A stretch of 28,198 nucleotides of DNA from Histomonas meleagridis 2922-C6/04-290x (taxonomy: Eukaryota; Protista; Parabasalia), in assembly GCA_020184695.1 (NCBI GenBank), contig JAANOX010000053.1:1-28198 (forward strand), read 5' to 3'. The notes beneath the pieces are model-generated. The model was not told the origin of the DNA. It searched no databases and saw nothing but the letters and a program-made list of their open reading frames with translations. This document shows positions 7,582 to 18,327 of the stretch, in pieces (the stretch's first letter is position 1; each line of letters begins with the position of its first letter). Made by a program: the position numbers and the translations under genes.

Positions 7582-9440
7582 ATGCTAAACACTAAACTTT
7601 GCAAACAGAACATCCTCGTGAGTTTGAAATTACACATAATGATGGTGCAAAGTTTCATGTGAACCCTAACATTCTCTCTTCAGTTTCAGGGTGGTTTAAA
7701 GATCAATATAATCAAAAATCAATCACAAAATTAAAAATTAATGACAATGTAAGTGATGAAGCATTTCAATTGTTTTTAGATATTGCAAGCGGAAAGCAAG
7801 TAAGTGTTAATGAAAAAATAATTCCTGAGTTATATAGATTGGCAAAAAGTTGGAAAGCACCTTTTGTTACAAATTTTCTTCAAAAACATATTACAATTGC
7901 TAAGCCACAAATACTAGAACTTCCAAAACCTGCAAAGCGAATCAATGATTCTTCAGAATCAGATAAAGTTCTTATCAAAGATCACACAACTATAACAAAG
8001 CTTAAGCAAAAACCTCCCTATTATGGCGCATTTGCTCAAATAGCAGTTTTATGTCATGGAGATCCAATTGTAAATAATAAGATTAAAATTACTGCTTCTT
8101 CACACGATCCTTACTCTTTTGTTAACCCGCCAAGTGGTCACCAGCTTTTCATGATTGAAGGTCCGAAGCCATTTCTTAAAATTATTCTTGCTGATTCAAT
8201 ATCTATCACAAAATATGTTATTACAAACTCATTTAAAGTAAGAAGACAAATGTGGACATTATGTGGATTTGATGGACGTTCTTGGGAGATCATTCATTCT
8301 GAGAATTCCAAAGATAAAATATCTCCATTTGACTCAGTACAAATTGATCTTCCAACAAAATCACCACGTTATTTTATGTTTAAGTTTGTTTCAGGCGAAT
8401 CCCCAATGGCCATTGAAAGCATTGAATTTTTCAATGATGATTATCCAGAAGGTGTTTTCAAGACAATGATTCGTCAAAATAAGTCAATAGTTGTCACATC
8501 CCCAAATAACCTACAAAAAATCATTAGTCCTCGTCACAATAAGTTTTGGTTCAGTTCCATTCTTCCAAATCAATTTGTTCAAATTGAACTCATTGAATTT
8601 TCTATCGTTCCTCAAAAGTATTCAATTAAAACGGGCGCAAACTGGCACTTGAAGGGATGGCGTCTTGAAGGCTCAATGGATGGTAAAAAATGGCAAACAA
8701 TAGATGTTAGGAATAATGTAATGGAAACTAACATGAAATTTAAAGCATGTTTATTTAAATGTAAAGAATTAGTTGAATGCAGATTTATTAAACTAACTCA
8801 AATTGGTAAAACACATGATGGAATGGACATATTATGTCTCTCTGGAATGGAATTATTCGGATTAATGAAGAGAGTTAAAGGAGGAAATGAAATTTCGCGT
8901 CCAATAATTTCGAAAATTAATATCAAAAAATCAAAAGAAACAATCCGAAATAAAACAAATGAAATTAAACAAAACAAACAAAAAGAACAGACAGATGACC
9001 TCATGAAAACTCAAAAGGAAGAAAAAAATGAAATTAATGAAGAAGAAACAGACATTAAAACAGATGACTTTGAAGATGATGAAGAGCCACTAAATGATGA
9101 AAATAGCGAAATTAAAACACAAATAATTGAAAAAATCGATACAAATGAAGAAGAAGCTCCTATTAAAGTACCTAAACAAGCAAATGATGAATCAACTGAA
9201 AGTCCCATCAAGATGACAGACGTTGACTCTAATGCTGACAGTACAAACGAATCGTTTTCTGGTGACGTTGTTGACGCGTCTGTTGTCATTTCGAGTGACT
9301 TCACTGATGACTCCGAAAAAAGTGACGTCGTTGAAGTTGTCAATCTTCCGAGTGAATCGAACTACGAAAGGGAACGAAGTATATCATCGCAAACGATCGA
9401 TGCGTATGATTTTGACTCGGACTCGACGAACGACTTTTGA
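7582..9440 (+). CDS. BTB/POZ + two F5/8 type C (galactose-binding-like) domains + acidic tail; start codon uncertain
   Basis: BTB-like EFEITHNDGAKFHVNPNILSSVSGWF..FQLFLDIASGKQV..ELYRLAKSW; two discoidin-like modules (WTLCGFDGRSWEII..RYFMFKF; WRLEGSMDGKKWQTID..RFIKLTQIG..LSGMELFG). The open frame begins at TTG 7599, and the nearest ATG (7582) is one base out of frame. Confidence 0.82.
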
Positions 9441-9475
9441 TTTTGATATGTATAAAATAACAATAAAAAAAATTT

Positions 9476-12400
9476 TTATTCCGTTAAAATTTCATATCGA
9501 AACAGTTTTCTTTTCCGAGTACTAATGACAACTCGTTCATTATTTTCGATGTTGATCCGATATGGGTCAGGACAATCATATTCTTTCTCTAATTTCTTTA
9601 ACGATGGAACTTTCATTAACATAATTTTCTTCTTCGTAAGTAAAAACGCAATGTTATTACAGACTCCAATTGGATTTGACGTTAGACAACAATCAAAGAC
9701 TTTCTCTTTGAACGTAGTCTTCCCTAAGAATTTCCCATTCACTGAATAATTCGAAATGATTGTACCATTTTCATCATTATTTTGAAAGACAACTATCGTC
9801 GAGTCACTTTTTGATATTCTGAGCAGCGTCACTTTTCGGTTCTCTGCGGTTTTGATCTCCCTAACGAACAAAAACGGATCAAGCGAAAAAACCGTTATGT
9901 AACCGTCAAGATGACCAACAACAGCAAATCCAACTTGATGTTGGAAATAAACAGCTGTAATTTTGGAAGGATGTGCGCCAATTACTCCTAAACATTTCAA
10001 GCTCTTCCAATAAGAAACAATTGGAATTTTATGAGCTATCATCATTGTATCACTTTCTTGAAAAGAATTTTCTACAGCTAAATCATCAACAAACTTTGAT
10101 TCGAACCCTAAGAATGAATCATCTGTACAACTTGAATGAAACAATGAATCGAAAGAAGCTCTTCTATAAGCCTTCGGCACATTTGTTGTAAACCCTACAA
10201 TTTTCTTTGGCTTCACCGGCACTTTTTTCGGGTGAAAGTCATTGAACAATTGAGTTGGTGCATGACCACAGTTATGAATTTGTCCAAGTTTTGCATTGAA
10301 TAATAATTGATCGTCGAGATATTCATCTTGATTAAACACTAATACATAATCTTGGAACACGTTAAATTTATCCAAAGCTAATTGACCATTTCTACAAATA
10401 CCCCAAATCAAGTCGATCCATTCATTTAATTTCTCGGTCACGTTTGGTGACTCCAAAATTTTCCGTAATTTTCTTACGAATTTTTCGGGTGTTTTAGCCC
10501 AATCTGGTAAAACGAAGTTATCGAAGTTATGAATTTCATTAATATTTTCGAATATTTCAGGAAGGAAAAAGAATTCCGGAACCATTTCGAACACAGTTTT
10601 AGCATTCGAAGATAACATAGTTTTTGTTGTTATCATAAATGAGTTAAATCTTCTTGTTTCTAAATCGAATTTATTATCATTAAACTTTATATGACTTGTT
10701 GTAACAGTTTCACAACGAACCAAATAATATAAAGTTGACGCGATATTTGATATATAACCAGGGAAATGATGACCAACAGCTTTATAATATTCGTTACATG
10801 AATTCTTTTGTTCATTTGATTGTGCAAATATTGGGTAAGATAAATCACGTAAATATATTTCATCCGATTTATAACTATATATTAACCATGGTAAGAAAGG
10901 GAACTGTGAATAATCGGACCAACTTCGACCACTTCTAAAGTTAAGTTCCAAAAGATATTCGAAATTTGTTATGTTTCCATGTATCCATTGTTTTGTTAAA
11001 TCGGAGATATTATAAGTATTAATAATTTTAATATTAAATTTTTTCATTATTTCAATGAAATTATCTCTTAAATTATTTGAGCAAAATGCAAATAATGAAA
11101 TATTCGAATTAATTTCTTCGATTGCTATTCCTCGTGGTTGATATTGGAATTGTCTTAAAGATATTGAAGAAATTCGATTAAATTCAAATATAATGAAATA
11201 TTCGCCATTTGATTGATCATAAAATTGGATTTTATTTTCATATATAATAATTAATCCATGAATTAACTCGATTCCACATAAATATATTGCATCGCCACTA
11301 AATAATATATTCTTTGAAATATAATGAATTTTAGGGATAACTTCATTTAATGTTAATCGTGGTTGAATATATTTCGTGTTATATTTTAATTCCCAATATG
11401 ATGAATAAGATGAATCAATTGAAGGATTTAATGGGAAAAATATTTTCCGGATTTCATTACGTGTTGTTAATTTATTTAATGCATATTTCTTAGGTAAATC
11501 ATCATAAATATGTGTTAATGGATTAAATAATGTTAAAAATATGAAATTCCATCTTTGAATTATTAATGATGTTGAAATTTTATTGTTTTCGATGTTTTTA
11601 GATTTCGATTGATACATAATCGATTTACAACATATAGTTAATATACCTTTCGAATCCTTAAAATCTTTTTCTTTGATTAATTGTTCATAATATTTAATTT
11701 TGGTAAGAAATGGATATTTCGGTAATTTTACTGATGAATTTGGATTTTTGATTTTGTTTATTGAGTCAAGAAATTGTTTTCGACTATTAAATGTTTTTGT
11801 AGTTTCAAGTTTTGTTATAATTTTTTGTGATATATTTGGATATGTTAAAATTAATTCGAAGAACGTATTATAAAATCGATTTATATCTATTTTAAGTAAT
11901 AAATTTATTATACTTTCTAAATAATTATTAACAAAATCAATTAATGAATTATAATTTGTTATATTATAATGATTTAAAATATAATTAATAAATAATAGTG
12001 AAAATTGTATAAATTCTTTTTTCATTATATTTTCATTAGTTTTAATATATATTTCAGTGATTTTATTCATTAATATTAAGATAATAATCGATATGTTCAT
12101 ATCAGATATTTTCTTAATTGATAAAATCGAAACAAAAAAATCTTCAAAATCATTAAATTGTTTTAATTTTAATAATTGGAACAAAAAACTTGAAATGAAA
12201 TCTATAAAAATATTATCATTATTTGATATTAACATATTAATATTACAATTAGTAATTAAAACAAATAATAAATTTAATGAATTCCGTTCAATATTATTTT
12301 CGACATTTGATATAGCTATAATTGTTTGTTGACATATAATTGAAACAAAAGGTTTATCCATAGCAAATTTTGTTAAATAAATTAAAGGAATTAAAACTAA

Positions 12401-15400
12401 ATTCATATTAAAAGGAATTGTAATTGATGCATTAAAAGCTGCATTAAATAATGTATTACAAAGTTTTTCATCTTCTTTTAATTTAGTAATTATAATACTA
12501 AAAATATATATATAATCATTTGATAAATGATGTAATAATAAATCTATAAAAATCGGATAAATCGAATTATTTATATTAATCAAAGATGGTAACATTAATT
12601 CAAGTGGTAATGATTTATATTGGAATTTCCCTAATAATTGATATAATAAATCAAATAATGCTATAGTTAAATCATTATTAATATTAACATTAATATTCTT
12701 CGAAAAGTTTAAATGATAATATATTAAATTCTTAAAAACTAATTTAATATTCGAAATATAATTAGTTTCATCTGTTAATATAATTGCTAAATCTACTATA
12801 GACTTTAAAAGTTTCGGATTATATTTAAATGATGTTGTTGAAAATGATTCGATAATACTTTTAAAGAAATTAAATTGTTTTAATACGAACTTATTAAAGT
12901 TAACATAAAAATTATTTTTTAATGAAAGTTTCGATGAGATTTCATTAAAGATATTAAATGAATTGTTTTGACTTGATGAAACATTTAATAACCAATATTT
13001 AACTATATACCCATTTAATATTAAGAAATTATCATTTTCTTTATATATAAATGTTTTAACTAATGCTTCTTCATTAATCGAAATATGTTCAAATAATGGA
13101 TATACATTATATTTTAAGAAATATTGATGAACATAAGGAAATCGATTAATAATAATACTAAAGAATTCACAAAGTGCTATTTGTAAATTCGGATATTTTA
13201 ATATAACTTCAACAAATAAATGAATTATTAAATTAATTCCTCCAATTAATTCTAAATTATTAATGAAATTATTTCGTAATATTCGATTATTATTATTAAT
13301 AAATGGAGGTGATAAAGAATAAATAATTGACTTATTAATATCAAAATTAGTTAAATTTACATTTTTATAATCATTAATAAATGGAATATATAAATAAGAA
13401 ATGAAATTCGAATAATTTATATATTCAATATCAACGTTATAAAAGTTTTGATAACATTTTTCTTTATAATTTGGTCCTAATGAAAAATATTTCTTTAAAT
13501 CAAAACTTTGGATATTAAATACTCGAATTGATTGTATATAAATGTTATTATCTAATTGACCAATTTCAATATTTGGTAATTGGAAATGAGTTTTTATTAA
13601 ATTTTGTTTTAAGTTTTTACTAAATATTAATTTATCTTTAGTAAAACTTAATGTTATTAAATACCAATCTTCAATAAAATTATTTTCTTCTATAGTACTA
13701 ACAATATGATTATTAATATATAATGATAATGAATTTTTATTAATATTAATATCAATTTTATTATCATTATCATTAATTGTTATAATATTTAAAGGTTTTT
13801 TATTTAAATTATTCTTTAACCAAAATGTTATAGTTGTATTCATTAATGTGTTAAATGGAATTTTTGTTTTTTTGTTTATTAAAAGATAATCATCAACAAT
13901 TAATGAATTTGATGCTAAAAATGTTAAAAATGAAATTGTTTTAGACATATCTTTTGATATAATACTATAATATTTATAAAAAGATTCAAACGAAGGAATA
14001 ATCGATAAACAAATGAATATAAACTCTTTAAGATAAACATATTCATCTATCAAAGGAATTAAACTCATAAAAATATCATTTTGTAATTCTTTACTTAAAA
14101 TAATATTTGAACTTTTTATTAATTTCGTAACTGTTTGTATTAATTCTTTAAATAAATTCGAGTTTATTAAATTCATTTTAATTCCTAAATTAATTAAATA
14201 TGAAATATAATATGGAATTATCTTATTCGAAAACTCAAATGAAATTTCATTGTTTTCGAAAATAGAGAAATCATCAAAATATATAATACCTAAAAGTGGG
14301 AATTCATTTTCCATTGGATTTAATATCCATAATAAATTCTTTACTAATAATGTGAAATTTGATCCTTCTTTAATAAAAGTTGGGAAAAATGTTTGTAGTT
14401 CAATTGTTTCCGAGAAATTTAACGCAAATGAATTAGAGATCTTACAAAGGAATAAAAAGATGCTTAAAAAACTTAAGTTGAGCATCGAATTACCAAAGGT
14501 AATCTTCATCATCTCAATACATGAAAGAAACCAATTGCCAATCGTTGAAAAGTTTAAGTCATTCATTAAATATTTGTTCTTTAAGATCGAAATTAATATC
14601 CCTAAAAAGATATTGATTTGTATCTCTAATGATTTAGTTGATCGACGTAATGAAATGGCATTGGATATAATCGTTTCATATTTGTGTTTGGAATTCTTTT
14701 GATTTTGTTCTAAATATAAAAAAATATAATTAGTGGATCGAATGGTATATGACCATATTTGCTCATTAGTAAAATGATAATTCGTTTTTGTTGATATTAA
14801 AAATTTTAAAAATGATAACGGTAAATTCTTTTCATTACTTTTGAGTTTGGCCTCTATAAAATGAAGCTTTTCGTTGGTGAGTAATGGTTTGATGTATTCG
14901 AAGTTGTCAATTAATGCTTGAAATAATATATCGGAAATTTGAACATCTTTAAACGAAAAAGTAATCATTTCTTGTAAGTGTGAATATATGCTCTTATTGG
15001 TCTTAAGAGTTTTACGAAATTCACGGATAATAAAATTTGATACATATGAAGAAAAAGTATGAAATGATCCAAATAATCTATAGAAAACTGTTAAAAAGGT
15101 ACGTGGATCTGGAAGAAATGTTGATAAATAAATAAATGTTGTCGAACAATTTGGGAGTGAATCAATTTTATCAAGAATTTGTGATTTTGTAGCTCTTGAA
15201 AATAATAACCTTGTAACAAAGTCTCGTTGTGATTGAGGAGCAAGTGAAATTAGCTTTATTAAGGAATTGAAATAAATGTCAGAAATGGGATTATTTGGCA
15301 AGATACGTGAAAAAAACATATGAAATTCTGAAATACTCGTTGAACTCATAGTAAATATAGAGGATGGTGGTGAATCAAGACAAAGTATTTGTTGTGAAAC

Positions 15401-15523
15401 AAAATTTTGATCAAAAGTTTTATTTTGTTCTAATAATATAGGCATAAAAACTTCTTCCCATGCATCCATAGACTGTGTTTTACATATCCAATTTTTTATT
15501 TCAGACATTTCATTTTCACCCAT
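9476..15523 (-). CDS. BEACH-domain protein (ConA/LamG-like, DUF4704-like, PH-BEACH, WD40), 2015 aa
   Basis: BEACH motifs WIHGNITNFEYLLELNFRSGRS..QFPFLPW, YYLVR, EMVPEFFFLPE, LPDWAK, LESPNVTEKLNEWIDLIWG and GHAPTQLF..HP; WD-like C-terminus (VVGHLDGYITVF); LamG-like TITFWLK..WYLITLSF..IQSIRVF. Confidence 0.95.
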   Translation of the reverse strand: MGENEMSEIKNWICKTQSMDAWEEVFMPILLEQNKTFDQNFVSQQILCLDSPPSSIFTMSSTSISEFHMFFSRILPNNPISDIYFNSLIKLISLAPQSQRDFVTRLLFSRATKSQILDKIDSLPNCSTTFIYLSTFLPDPRTFLTVFYRLFGSFHTFSSYVSNFIIREFRKTLKTNKSIYSHLQEMITFSFKDVQISDILFQALIDNFEYIKPLLTNEKLHFIEAKLKSNEKNLPLSFLKFLISTKTNYHFTNEQIWSYTIRSTNYIFLYLEQNQKNSKHKYETIISNAISLRRSTKSLEIQINIFLGILISILKNKYLMNDLNFSTIGNWFLSCIEMMKITFGNSMLNLSFLSIFLFLCKISNSFALNFSETIELQTFFPTFIKEGSNFTLLVKNLLWILNPMENEFPLLGIIYFDDFSIFENNEISFEFSNKIIPYYISYLINLGIKMNLINSNLFKELIQTVTKLIKSSNIILSKELQNDIFMSLIPLIDEYVYLKEFIFICLSIIPSFESFYKYYSIISKDMSKTISFLTFLASNSLIVDDYLLINKKTKIPFNTLMNTTITFWLKNNLNKKPLNIITINDNDNKIDININKNSLSLYINNHIVSTIEENNFIEDWYLITLSFTKDKLIFSKNLKQNLIKTHFQLPNIEIGQLDNNIYIQSIRVFNIQSFDLKKYFSLGPNYKEKCYQNFYNVDIEYINYSNFISYLYIPFINDYKNVNLTNFDINKSIIYSLSPPFINNNNRILRNNFINNLELIGGINLIIHLFVEVILKYPNLQIALCEFFSIIINRFPYVHQYFLKYNVYPLFEHISINEEALVKTFIYKENDNFLILNGYIVKYWLLNVSSSQNNSFNIFNEISSKLSLKNNFYVNFNKFVLKQFNFFKSIIESFSTTSFKYNPKLLKSIVDLAIILTDETNYISNIKLVFKNLIYYHLNFSKNINVNINNDLTIALFDLLYQLLGKFQYKSLPLELMLPSLININNSIYPIFIDLLLHHLSNDYIYIFSIIITKLKEDEKLCNTLFNAAFNASITIPFNMNLVLIPLIYLTKFAMDKPFVSIICQQTIIAISNVENNIERNSLNLLFVLITNCNINMLISNNDNIFIDFISSFLFQLLKLKQFNDFEDFFVSILSIKKISDMNISIIILILMNKITEIYIKTNENIMKKEFIQFSLLFINYILNHYNITNYNSLIDFVNNYLESIINLLLKIDINRFYNTFFELILTYPNISQKIITKLETTKTFNSRKQFLDSINKIKNPNSSVKLPKYPFLTKIKYYEQLIKEKDFKDSKGILTICCKSIMYQSKSKNIENNKISTSLIIQRWNFIFLTLFNPLTHIYDDLPKKYALNKLTTRNEIRKIFFPLNPSIDSSYSSYWELKYNTKYIQPRLTLNEVIPKIHYISKNILFSGDAIYLCGIELIHGLIIIYENKIQFYDQSNGEYFIIFEFNRISSISLRQFQYQPRGIAIEEINSNISLFAFCSNNLRDNFIEIMKKFNIKIINTYNISDLTKQWIHGNITNFEYLLELNFRSGRSWSDYSQFPFLPWLIYSYKSDEIYLRDLSYPIFAQSNEQKNSCNEYYKAVGHHFPGYISNIASTLYYLVRCETVTTSHIKFNDNKFDLETRRFNSFMITTKTMLSSNAKTVFEMVPEFFFLPEIFENINEIHNFDNFVLPDWAKTPEKFVRKLRKILESPNVTEKLNEWIDLIWGICRNGQLALDKFNVFQDYVLVFNQDEYLDDQLLFNAKLGQIHNCGHAPTQLFNDFHPKKVPVKPKKIVGFTTNVPKAYRRASFDSLFHSSCTDDSFLGFESKFVDDLAVENSFQESDTMMIAHKIPIVSYWKSLKCLGVIGAHPSKITAVYFQHQVGFAVVGHLDGYITVFSLDPFLFVREIKTAENRKVTLLRISKSDSTIVVFQNNDENGTIISNYSVNGKFLGKTTFKEKVFDCCLTSNPIGVCNNIAFLLTKKKIMLMKVPSLKKLEKEYDCPDPYRINIENNERVVISTRKRKLFRYEILTE

Positions 15524-16284
15524 TAATGAAGGAAGAACCTCTAGGAACGCTGGGGCTTTACTTAAACGGTTTTCATTGATTAAGACCGTTTATAAATATC
15601 ATCATGTTGAAAAAAAAACTGTATGAATTCTAAAAAAAATTATTTGTTATTTATTAGCAGATGGAAAAAAAGAATGATGACACGAATTTATCTAAAAATA
15701 TGGAGAAAAATGTAATTCGTACAGCACAATTGCAATTGATTTTACAACCAAAACTCGTCATTAAGTATTTAAAATATTCAATATATGACAGTGAAAAGTT
15801 TGTGTGCGATGATGAGGTAACGGTATTCGCAGTTCTATCGATAACCGCTTTCCCAAGCATACAAAAAAATTTCAGGTGTTTACATTAACAATTATTTTAA
15901 TTCAAATAATGTCTGTCATGGCCACCTTTTCAATCAATTGTTTTGGTTTTACAATTTCATTTCAAAATTGGCAGGGAGTTTCTCCGAAAACTGCTTCAGA
16001 ATTGATATAACTAATGAAAAGCTCCGAATAAACGTATCATCCCATTCAATTTTTCATTGTAATTGTTTGAAAAGTGAATTCAATGTCTTAACAGTTTTTA
16101 ATGTTCATTTTAACTACTTTACATATTACAACAAGCATGTTGTAATGTGATTCATTTGGCCCTCTGTCACTTCACATTTCAATTATATAATAAAAAGTGA
16201 ATACTTTTCGTGGCCGGGATAGCGGTTTAAAAGAATTTTTTCTGGGGAAATAGAGGTTAAGTTACATCACCATTAATTATCAGG

Positions 16285-16290
16285 TCACTT
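16285..16290 (+). promoter_or_regulatory. Inr-like element TCACTT just upstream of the Myb ATG, with an M3-like AGCGGTTT at 16221-16228
   Basis: tcactt ends 5 nt before ATG 16296 and matches the trichomonad initiator consensus TCA(C/T)T(T/A). Function is inferred from position only. Confidence 0.55.
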
Positions 16291-16295
16291 CCAAA

Positions 16296-16856
16296 ATGGA
16301 AATAAAGAATGATTATTTTAATTTCATAAATAATACGAAAAAGCCTTTTGTTCGAAATGGGTTTTCGAAAGAAGAAGACGAAAGATTGAAAGAATTAGTA
16401 CAACAGTTCGGAACAAGTCAATGGAATTTGGTCGCAACCAAAATGGAAGGCAGAGATGTTAGACAATGTAGAGAAAGATACCTTCATTATCTAGACCCAA
16501 GATTAAATAAGTCTCCTTGGACAAAAGAAGAAGACGATTTGCTTTTCCAGAAAGTTCAAGAATATGGAAGGAAATGGAAATTATTAGAACACTTCTTCGA
16601 TCGCAGAACAGACGTCAGCATAAAAAATAGATGGAATAAATTGGAGCGCGTTCGAAACAGAGCTTTAAAAAATAAAATGAACCAAGAAAATGGGGAGCAT
16701 CAACCCCCTATACAGATAAAGGAAGAAGTTAAAAAAAATCAAAATGAAGAAATAGATTTAGATGCATTCAGAAGATTAATTGAGGATTCAAAAAATGTTG
16801 AAGAAGATTTTTTCCCACTTGATTTTATAGATGATTTCAATTTCAAGTGGTTTTAA
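16296..16856 (+). CDS. R2R3 Myb-like DNA-binding protein
   Basis: Two Myb repeats: FSKEEDERLKELVQQFG..W..VA..M.GR..RQCRERY.HYL and WTKEEDDLL..KVQEYG.KW......F..RTDVSIKNRW. Confidence 0.95.
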   Translation: MEIKNDYFNFINNTKKPFVRNGFSKEEDERLKELVQQFGTSQWNLVATKMEGRDVRQCRERYLHYLDPRLNKSPWTKEEDDLLFQKVQEYGRKWKLLEHFFDRRTDVSIKNRWNKLERVRNRALKNKMNQENGEHQPPIQIKEEVKKNQNEEIDLDAFRRLIEDSKNVEEDFFPLDFIDDFNFKWF

Positions 16857-17131
16857 AATTCCTCGGTCATTGAAACATTATTTTTACCATGATATTTATT
16901 AAACTATCATTTTCATGAGTAGTTTTGATATTTCTTAATACTTTTAAAAACAACAGTTGTTGTAGTGCTCCTTTTTTATATCATTAAAATATTTGTTATC
17001 AAAATCTGATTAAAAACAAAATGAACCTTAAAATATAAAGTCAAGTCGAAATTGTGTAGGGTTTGATTTTTTGGAAAATATATTTATTAAAAATAGAAAT
17101 TAGTAAAAAAAAACATTTTTAAAAAATTTCA

Positions 17132-17341
17132 TTAATTGAGTGTAAAGAAATTTGGAACTTCATCATCTTGTTCTACCTTTTGCTTGCGTAATTCTTTGAT
17201 CAACGCAGCTAAGGCTTCTGGATTTACTCCTGATTCTGTGAGTTCAAGTAAAATTGATAGAGTTTCGCGATCAAGACCTGTTTCAAGAATGTCTGAAAGT
17301 TCTTGAAGTGCATCTAAAAGGTTCGTTCTTTCGTTGTCCAT
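17132..17341 (-). CDS. MZT1: MOZART1 (mitotic-spindle organizing protein 1, gamma-tubulin complex)
   Basis: 69 aa with the family signature [42 protein letters not shown]. Confidence 0.92.
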   Translation of the reverse strand: MDNERTNLLDALQELSDILETGLDRETLSILLELTESGVNPEALAALIKELRKQKVEQDDEVPNFFTLN

Positions 17342-17682
17342 TAAAGTTTAACAATTAAATTTAATTTTAAACGGCCAAATATAATCTGTCACTTTTCAAT
17401 AAAAATATTTTCCTAAATTAAATACATTCTTTATCTTTTAGATATTTCACGGAACAAATTTGCTTTTCATTAAAAATCAATTTACTACATTTTTTTATCA
17501 AGTTATTTTTTCCTTAAAAAAATGATCAAAATTTATTTATTTTTTTTTTTTTTGAAAAATCGCCAAGTGCCAAACGCAATCGCTTTTGTTTTTAAATCGT
17601 TTGAAATTGCTTTTAAGTACATGTAATTACTTAGCGCAAATCATTCGTCAAAATTAAAAATAACTTAAAGGCATTTATTCAT

Positions 17683-18015
17683 TTATTCTTTCTTTTCGGT
17701 GATCAGCCCCTTGAAAGAGGGAACATCTACATATGATGCTGTTGTGATCATTTTGCCGTTGTCATCTGCTTTGCGTTCGAAAAGTACGCGAACACGAGCT
17801 GGTGGATTGGCTCTGCTTCTGTACCAAACTCGGCTATTAAGTTCTTGATCTATTTTAACTTCTTTTGTTCCCATTAATGTCTGTCCAGTTTTCACAATTT
17901 GTTTGATAGCATTTTGTGCCTTGAGCTTACGGCGTGAGTTGTATACAAGCTTTTGCAAGTGAATAGTAGTTTCGATCTTTTTTGGTTCTTGTTCTTTGGA
18001 AGAAAAGAGAGGCAT
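17683..18015 (-). CDS. RPL31: 60S ribosomal protein L31 (eL31)
   Basis: TIHLQK..KLKAQNAIKQI....MGTKEVKIDQELN..VW.R....P.RVRV...R...YVDVPSFKGLITE matches the eL31 pattern; 110 aa, basic. Confidence 0.9.
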   Translation of the reverse strand: MPLFSSKEQEPKKIETTIHLQKLVYNSRRKLKAQNAIKQIVKTGQTLMGTKEVKIDQELNSRVWYRSRANPPARVRVLFERKADDNGKMITTASYVDVPSFKGLITEKKE

Positions 18016-18327
18016 TTCAGAGGTCGGCCAAACCCAAAAAACCGCCGAGGAAATTTTGGAGTCTTATAAAAAAATTCATTTGCAGTAAAATCATCATACA
18101 ATTGAAAGTAATTCTCTTTAATTATTCCTATATTAATATCTTATTTGATAGATGTAAGAATATTTTTTACAGATTAAATTAAATTTAAAAAATTCATATT
18201 TTAAACCATTTTCCAAACTTTTAATTGTTACCACTGTTTAGCAAAATCTACAATCTTTTTAATAGTTATTAATTCAAAGAGGCAAATTTCAAATTCACAA
18301 AAATTTAAAAGAAATTTTTTTACAAAT

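Noticed and set aside
7567-7608. Possible GT..AG intron explaining the missing BTB start codon
   Set aside because: There is no + strand ATG upstream of the putative donor within the intergenic gap, and no convincing ACTAAC branch motif.
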